In this document: in pieces, positions 47,591 to 53,235 of the stretch
Layout: each line of letters opens with the position of its first letter
Numbering within the stretch: position 1 is the stretch's first letter
Source of the DNA: a virus
Lineage: Duplodnaviria > Caudoviricetes
Length of the DNA: 53,235 nt
IMG/VR virus record: IMGVR_UViG_3300008448_013349
Coordinates: 1-53,235 of that record
Strand: one strand, 5' to 3'
Notes under the pieces: model-generated
The model's input: the letters and a program-made list of their open reading frames with translations, nothing else
Told to the model about the DNA's origin: nothing
Database searches by the model: none
Position numbers and translations under genes: made by a program

Positions 47591-48438
47591 ATTGATATGA
47601 TTTTTTTTATTAATTTATCCCATTGTCTATATCTTTTGAATTCAGCTTGTCCATCGCTTTTCTCAAACATAAATTCTGGGTTATCTAGATTTATCTTGAA
47701 TCTTGATTTACCTAGTTCTTTATACATTAATCTATATTCTTCAGAGTACGCGTATTCTTGGCTAACACTAGCAACCGCTTTAACTCTATCTATAGAAGTT
47801 TTATCCCACTTAAAATGGTGAACTTGTACATATGAATGTGGATTAATTAATGGGTGATTCCATCCCTGCCATCTCCAGGTTGTTTGGCCATTAATTTTTG
47901 CGTAATGTTGGCCAGCTGTTATTTCAATATAGCCTTTCATTACACAAACTTTATTTGGACAGGCTTTGCTCATCGGGTATCTAAAAAATCCCATGTTAGG
48001 AAATTGTTTAAAAATACTAACGTCATCTTTTAGCTCAGAAAATTCACCGTCTGGGCCTATTCTATCAATAAATCCACCTCTAACTAGATCCCATCCAAAT
48101 TTTTCACAATTACTAATTAATTTTTTTAAATCATCATTTGGATATAGATGAAACTCATCAATATCGGCAATCACCCACCAGTCATTTGGGTTTTTTGATT
48201 TTACCATATTGTACAATGTGGTAACCTTTTCCCAATCAAAAACCCTGTCTTCAATTGTTTTCACAATCTTAACATTTTTGTGATTTTTTATGATTTCTTT
48301 TACTTCTTCAATTAAAGATGGTTGTATAACTGATTGATATACAACGAATTGTATTTCGTCTACATACCGAGAGTAGTGATCAATAAAATGCGGAATTAAA
48401 TTTGTTCCGTGGCCTATAACTGAAAGCGCTCTAATCAT
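47587..48438 (-). CDS. GT2-like (GT-A) glycosyltransferase
   Basis: HFIDHY, WWVIADIDEF, GQH, VHHFKW. Confidence 0.75.
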   Translation of the reverse strand: MIRALSVIGHGTNLIPHFIDHYSRYVDEIQFVVYQSVIQPSLIEEVKEIIKNHKNVKIVKTIEDRVFDWEKVTTLYNMVKSKNPNDWWVIADIDEFHLYPNDDLKKLISNCEKFGWDLVRGGFIDRIGPDGEFSELKDDVSIFKQFPNMGFFRYPMSKACPNKVCVMKGYIEITAGQHYAKINGQTTWRWQGWNHPLINPHSYVQVHHFKWDKTSIDRVKAVASVSQEYAYSEEYRLMYKELGKSRFKINLDNPEFMFEKSDGQAEFKRYRQWDKLIKKIISI

Positions 48439-49163
48439 TTTTTTCGATTAATAATGGTAATACCACTTGACGATGGTTTATCCATTAATATACGAAAATT
48501 ATGCAAATTAATCAAGTTCCAGTCATTGTTTTTCTCAAGTTCTTTTACTAACCTAGATGGCCCGTCAAATTTGTAGAAGTCTTTCTTAGCGTCTTCGGAA
48601 ACAATTAGTGTTTCTTCATAACTTGAGTCGGTGTCGTGAAGAACTATCACACCGTTATCTGATAAAAGTTTAGAGTAAAGATCAAAATCCTGTTTTACTC
48701 CTTCGTACGAGTGATCCCCATCAATAAATAATAAATCTATTTTAATATCTTGTCTAACAAAAAAATTATAATACGCATCGACTGAAGTCGATTTAATAAG
48801 ACGCGGGTAGAATTTGCTACGAAAGAATGAGGATTCGTTTTCAAGGTCGTTAGGGCCACCAACACCATTACATGCATCGACAAGATAAGTGCTACCAATA
48901 TCCCCCCAATTATAATCATTGTTTCCATCAAATATTTTTTGGTTATATAAATCTATTCTTGCTTGTGTCATGATTCTAGGGATATATCCACCTCCAGAGC
49001 CAATACAAACACAAACTTTAGCTCTCATGTGCTGTATAAGAGAATACACAACAATCCCATCTCCCATATGTAAATCTGTTGCCCCATGTGTCCAGCGATA
49101 AGGTACAGATTCATCATTATTGTTAGTGATGTTCTTTCTAATATATTCATTGTTCGTTATCAT
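48435..49163 (-). CDS. Class I SAM-dependent methyltransferase (Methyltransf_24-like)
   Basis: CIGSGGG, IDLLFIDGDHSYEGVKQDF, GVIVLHD. Confidence 0.85.
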   Translation of the reverse strand: MITNNEYIRKNITNNNDESVPYRWTHGATDLHMGDGIVVYSLIQHMRAKVCVCIGSGGGYIPRIMTQARIDLYNQKIFDGNNDYNWGDIGSTYLVDACNGVGGPNDLENESSFFRSKFYPRLIKSTSVDAYYNFFVRQDIKIDLLFIDGDHSYEGVKQDFDLYSKLLSDNGVIVLHDTDSSYEETLIVSEDAKKDFYKFDGPSRLVKELEKNNDWNLINLHNFRILMDKPSSSGITIINRKK

Positions 49164-49903
49164 TTCATCCAGTCTGGCCAGAATTCTGGTCTCGTATATC
49201 TTCTACTTACACTTACCATTTTATCTTTTAATAAATCGTATAGATCCAAATCTCTATTAATTTCAGTTTCAGATAATTTGGCAGCGATCTGCATTGATAT
49301 CCCTTCTCCGGCGCCGTTTATTTCTTTATTCATGGATAAATCAGAAAACTCTTTTGCCAGCTGTAATTTTTCATAGTGTTGATAAAAAGCATCTTGATTA
49401 AATCCATTTTTATTTATTACTAAAAAATATTCCCATATTGTGGCGAAATCGCCATAATTAGGATATATTTTATTTGCATAAGTATGATAAGAATTCCATT
49501 CGGGGTGATTTGCCATAATTAAATCTTTGACCCAAGCTTTTTTACATTTATGGTTTTCTAATGTATCAGTATGACTTATACCCGGTTTAAATGTATAGTT
49601 TTTTAAGTCTTTAATAAATGAATAATCGGTAATATGTGTATCTGCGTCAATCATGACAACAACATCATGATTTTTCAAAATGTATTTTGGTAAGATCATT
49701 TTATCCGCATACGATTTAAATGATCTATTATATTCTATTGTATGTACAAATGATGGGGTGTATTTTTTTTGGAAATATTCGGGGTTTTCAGTTAATACAT
49801 AACAATGGAAACCGTTTTCTAAAATTTTATTGATTTTTTCTGCGGTCCCCTTGTAGTAATATTCTTCGCCAAAACAAAAAAAACCAAAACCTATGTTATT
49901 CAT
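49160..49903 (-). CDS. Putative GT-A glycosyltransferase-like protein
   Basis: YVLTEN, VVMIDAD (DxD); first gene of the glycosyltransferase block. Confidence 0.5.
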   Translation of the reverse strand: MNNIGFGFFCFGEEYYYKGTAEKINKILENGFHCYVLTENPEYFQKKYTPSFVHTIEYNRSFKSYADKMILPKYILKNHDVVVMIDADTHITDYSFIKDLKNYTFKPGISHTDTLENHKCKKAWVKDLIMANHPEWNSYHTYANKIYPNYGDFATIWEYFLVINKNGFNQDAFYQHYEKLQLAKEFSDLSMNKEINGAGEGISMQIAAKLSETEINRDLDLYDLLKDKMVSVSRRYTRPEFWPDWMK

Positions 49904-49922
49904 AGGTAAAATGTAGATAAAA

Positions 49923-50099
49923 TTACTCGGATTGTGTAGAGTTTCTTTCTAATATAATTTCGTTATAAAATTCCTGGGCTGCTAAGTCTGTTTCAAACGT
50001 ATCTTTTTGAGTTTCTCCATTTTCGTCAATATATTCAACAATATAATAACCAGAAAAGTTAGAATTATCTTGATACATGTTAATAAATTGTCTAGCCAT
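49923..50099 (-). CDS. Small acidic protein, 58 aa (MARQFINMYQDNSNFSGLYIVEY...)
   Basis: Read manually; overlaps the stop of the upstream small ORF. Confidence 0.6.
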   Translation of the reverse strand: MARQFINMYQDNSNFSGYYIVEYIDENGETQKDTFETDLAAQEFYNEIILERNSTQSE

Positions 50100-50214
50100 T
50101 GTTTACAACGTTTTGTGCTTCTTGTAATGTGTAATATATACCAATAAGATCTGCACCGTCAAGTACAAACCAACACTGAAGTCCGTCTTTATCTATACCC
50201 TCTTCTATTCTCAT
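50092..50214 (-). CDS. Small protein, 40 aa (MRIEEGIDKDGLQCWFVLDGADLIGIYYTLQEAQNVVNNG)
   Basis: Read manually; ATGA overlap with the upstream gene. Confidence 0.6.
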   Translation of the reverse strand: MRIEEGIDKDGLQCWFVLDGADLIGIYYTLQEAQNVVNNG

Positions 50215-50414
50215 ATACTAAAATCGTTTTCAACTTCACTAAATTCACCAAACAATTGTGATAGTTGTGTGATTGTGTCATTTATTGATTCGGGGGTAAC
50301 CATTTGTTCACCCATATAGTTATAATAACGTCCAGTATTAAATACAGTATTGTTACCGTCAGTTATTGTTATTTCGAATTTCTCCTCATCAATTTTTTTT
50401 AATGATATTTTCAT
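50211..50414 (-). CDS. Small hypothetical protein (67 aa)
   Basis: Coding strand, tightly packed between neighbours. Confidence 0.65.
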   Translation of the reverse strand: MKISLKKIDEEKFEITITDGNNTVFNTGRYYNYMGEQMVTPESINDTITQLSQLFGEFSEVENDFSI

Positions 50415-50425
50415 AATATTATATT

Positions 50426-51196
50426 TTAAACGTCTGTAAAAGATAAAAATATTGCACCATATGGATAATTATCACCACTAGAGCCAGACCAATAAACCGC
50501 GCCACTTTGATCAAAACCAAAATAGTTTCCATCCCAACACGCACCATACCACCAAGGATTATTTGCATAAGAAGTTGAACAGTTTGCACCGTATGCGTCT
50601 TGGTCATTATCATATGTTGTTAACGAATAACCATTTGTTGCATGATACCCATATAGTCCTGGTGTTGATCCTCCTACATCGTTGACAATTCCTCTAGGAT
50701 ATAAAAACGCATATGTGGATGACCAGCCACTAAATTTCCATCTTGATCTCTTACTGTGTGAACCAGATAATCCGGTTGCTGATGATGAAACATATTGACA
50801 AATAGTGTTACCTAGATACGGCCAGTACTGTAATCCAACCCATAGATTAAACCCTAAACTTGAATTATAAGTACCAACAGTATTAATTACAGGATTAGTT
50901 GCATTCGCATATGTTAAACTTCCGACAGCACCAGTTCCTTGTCTGTTTGCAATAACCATTACCCAAGCTCTTGTTGAATCGAAATCAAAATTCACATAAA
51001 ATAAATTAGCACCTAACCCACCTGGATTAAGATAGTACATTCCATTTGTTGAAATTCCTGCATTGAATTTCAAATAGTTAGCTGATGGAGCCGCTTTTTC
51101 TGCTGTAGATCCGTCTAATATCAACGTGTAGTTTGATGTTCCTGAAGAATCAAACGACCTTGTACCTAACTGTGATGAACCGATGTATATTGACAT
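50426..51196 (-). CDS. Fibrinogen C-terminal (FReD)-like domain protein, putative virion adhesin
   Basis: NGMYYLNP...WVMV; NGYSLTTYDNDQD...NCS...PWWYGAC. Confidence 0.75.
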   Translation of the reverse strand: MSIYIGSSQLGTRSFDSSGTSNYTLILDGSTAEKAAPSANYLKFNAGISTNGMYYLNPGGLGANLFYVNFDFDSTRAWVMVIANRQGTGAVGSLTYANATNPVINTVGTYNSSLGFNLWVGLQYWPYLGNTICQYVSSSATGLSGSHSKRSRWKFSGWSSTYAFLYPRGIVNDVGGSTPGLYGYHATNGYSLTTYDNDQDAYGANCSTSYANNPWWYGACWDGNYFGFDQSGAVYWSGSSGDNYPYGAIFLSFTDV

Positions 51197-51199
51197 ATC

Positions 51200-51997
51200 T
51201 TATGCGTATAATGTTACCCCCATTTGGTTAAATAGGTTACTATAATAATTATAGACCTCGTTTATTCTTGTTGAATTTAAATCAACGTTCCATACCATAC
51301 ATGAATGTAGATATCCAACCTCCATGATACCGGTATAACCATTACCTATTTTTACTGTTGATGCTTGTAAAATATTAGTGTCACTTCTACTTGTATAATT
51401 TGAAACCCAACCAGATGATGATGTATAATAAAATCCTGTGCTGTGATTTGCGTTTCCTTTAATTGCAATAAAATTCCACTGATTTAATGTATATGTTTTA
51501 GTGTCAGCATAATCATATGTTCCTTCTTGTCCACCAGCTCTATACCAACTCATAGTGTTCGCAACTTCCCAAGTACACGCCAATTCTTGTTGATATGATG
51601 CATAAGATGTCCCAGATTTATCAAATAAATTATGTCTTGCACTATTAGATGGAAACCAATAAATTAAAACTAATGTAAACGCACCTCTTAAATCAACCCT
51701 ATTATTCATTGTTGAGTTAGCAGATTCCCACCAACTTTGACCATTAAACGCTATTGCTGGCACACTATTAACCCACACTTTCGGTGTTGGGGTAGTAGTA
51801 TAGGGTTCTCCACTATTTCTTGAATTGAAACACATGCCATACACTGAATCACACCAAGTAGATGAACTTCCTTGGTAGTTGTTGGCATTTAAATCCATTA
51901 CCAACCCATCTGTAGGAAAATTATAAAAAGATCTAATTTCTCCACCAGAATTGGCACTTGATGCCGGTATACTATTTCCACCTATTATTAAACTCAT
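51200..51997 (-). CDS. LamG/concanavalin A-like domain protein
   Basis: DGLVMDLNANNY, IAFNG, LNQWNFI, VWNVDLNSTRINEVY. Confidence 0.7.
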   Translation of the reverse strand: MSLIIGGNSIPASSANSGGEIRSFYNFPTDGLVMDLNANNYQGSSSTWCDSVYGMCFNSRNSGEPYTTTPTPKVWVNSVPAIAFNGQSWWESANSTMNNRVDLRGAFTLVLIYWFPSNSARHNLFDKSGTSYASYQQELACTWEVANTMSWYRAGGQEGTYDYADTKTYTLNQWNFIAIKGNANHSTGFYYTSSSGWVSNYTSRSDTNILQASTVKIGNGYTGIMEVGYLHSCMVWNVDLNSTRINEVYNYYSNLFNQMGVTLYA

Positions 51998-53235
51998 TAT
52001 AAACCGAATCTTGCTTTTTGTGTTCTAAAAGCTTGACCTGCTTCGTCTGCAGATAAAACTCTGTTATATACTTTACATAAACCCATTTGTCCATCAATAC
52101 TAAATCCTGTGTTACCTCCCCATGAACCATAAGGATATAATGTAAACACCCCTGCACCAACGTTAGCATTACCTGATGATGGTGCATCACCTGTAATGTT
52201 ATGATTTTGTGAACCACTAAATTCACCACCGTTTATGTAATAACCCATTTGTGATGAATTTGCCCAACAAACAATATGTGTCCAAGTATTATTTGATAAA
52301 TTTCTAGCAAATGATATACTATTGTCGGTAGAACCAGCATACAAATAAAAAGAACCAGGAAATATCCAAATATTATATTGACCTGATCCGTTCCATGGTT
52401 TTGTGAAAAATACACCATTGGTATCTGTTGATTTGACCCACATTTCAATTGTCATTGTTGATCTACCAATTGCACCATTAGGGGACCACGCAAAATCGGG
52501 AGCACTACCACTAAAAATTCCCATACCACCAACACCATCAAAATTAATTATACCCTCATTACTTGAACTATATGAGTATCCATTGTAAAGTGTTAATGTT
52601 CTACTATTACCACTTAAGTCTGTCATGGACGCTCCGCTACCTGGATAAGAAGCCAATGACGCTGGATCAATCCAAGCTTGTAAACCTCTGGTTATTCCAT
52701 GATATTTTTCTCTTGTTGCAAAATAATTTTGTAAAACTTCAGTTGGGGTTAATGCTCTATTATAAATTCTAACTTCAGCAATACTACCACTAAATTGTCT
52801 TGATGAACCTTCTCGTCCTATGGATAAGTTTGATCCGGATGCGCCCCCATTAGTTGTTGTTGCTGTTCCAACAAAAGTTCCATTAACATATTGATACAAT
52901 CTACCAGCTCTACCATCCCAAACAGTACACCAATGGTGCCATGTTTTTCTTGCAGAAGGGCCGTTTGTTTCATGATACCCATCAGCGCTACTACAATACC
53001 AATAGGTTGACAAATATTGATTGGATTTGTTCCAACTCATATATTGTCCGCAGTTTCCTGTTAATAAAATAATTGTTCCTCTGTCTCCTGATGTTACTTC
53101 CGACGCTGCAGCATAAATCCACGCTTCAAAAGTCCCTTGAACATTTGGTTGTGTACCACTATATGTACCAGTAATCCAAGCACCATCAAAATTCATATTA
53201 AATCCTTTAACACCATTAAATGTTGATGTGCTCAT
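51997..53235 (-). CDS. Tandem LamG-domain protein, probably 5' truncated by the window edge
   Basis: TFEAWI...WHH...YVNG...FSGSIAEVRIYNRAL repeated twice; the first copy lacks the GLxxxxD start seen in the second. Confidence 0.8.
   Translation of the reverse strand: MSTSTFNGVKGFNMNFDGAWITGTYSGTQPNVQGTFEAWIYAAASEVTSGDRGTIILLTGNCGQYMSWNKSNQYLSTYWYCSSADGYHETNGPSARKTWHHWCTVWDGRAGRLYQYVNGTFVGTATTTNGGASGSNLSIGREGSSRQFSGSIAEVRIYNRALTPTEVLQNYFATREKYHGITRGLQAWIDPASLASYPGSGASMTDLSGNSRTLTLYNGYSYSSSNEGIINFDGVGGMGIFSGSAPDFAWSPNGAIGRSTMTIEMWVKSTDTNGVFFTKPWNGSGQYNIWIFPGSFYLYAGSTDNSISFARNLSNNTWTHIVCWANSSQMGYYINGGEFSGSQNHNITGDAPSSGNANVGAGVFTLYPYGSWGGNTGFSIDGQMGLCKVYNRVLSADEAGQAFRTQKARFGL

Noticed and set aside
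27279-49903. Bacterial capsule or O-antigen locus
   Set aside because: No flippase, polymerase, chain-length or export genes are present, and the block is flanked by phage fibre and adhesin genes.
1148-52772. All plus-strand ORFs and short nested minus-strand ORFs in the track (e.g. 15829-16251, 42789-43199, 43621-44016, 6840-7046, 9090-9287)
   Set aside because: They are antisense or alternate-frame shadows of long motif-bearing genes, with no recognisable motifs.
1-53235. tRNA, rRNA or structured ncRNA genes
   Set aside because: Intergenic gaps are all short (under about 70 nt) once the small ORFs are included, and no cloverleaf or riboswitch pattern was seen by eye.

Overview
AT-rich, densely packed window in which every credible gene is on the minus strand, often with ATGA/TAATG overlaps and A-rich leaders lacking Shine-Dalgarno sites. 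It reads as part of a large (jumbo-type) tailed dsDNA phage genome, probably infecting Bacteroidota; this is inferred from gene content, as no capsid, terminase or polymerase gene lies in the window. In transcription order there are four blocks. (1) LamG and fibrinogen-like adhesin genes (53.2-50.4 kb). (2) A ~33 kb modification-enzyme island (49.9-16.5 kb): glycosyltransferases, five radical SAM enzymes, 2OG-Fe(II) oxygenases, carbamoyltransferase, UDP-sugar dehydrogenase, APS kinase, sulfotransferase-like proteins, a flavin halogenase, SGNH-like proteins and an ATP-grasp/double-Hint fusion. (3) A 2141-aa Ser/Thr-rich fibre and three paralogous kelch-like tail proteins (16.4-6.6 kb). (4) An operon with a SPASM radical SAM, a U32 protein, a methyltransferase, an outer-membrane beta-barrel and a DUF401-like transporter. 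The best candidate for an undescribed system is the 617-aa protein at 18795-20648, in which two reciprocally crippled Hint domains bracket the octapeptide KCTWSGFC, a natural 'two-intein' arrangement fused to a permuted ATP-grasp domain. Second is a shared C-terminal [KNS]-[LI]-[ILVM] tag on 13 mostly unrelated proteins. All family calls come from motif recognition by eye; no searches were run.
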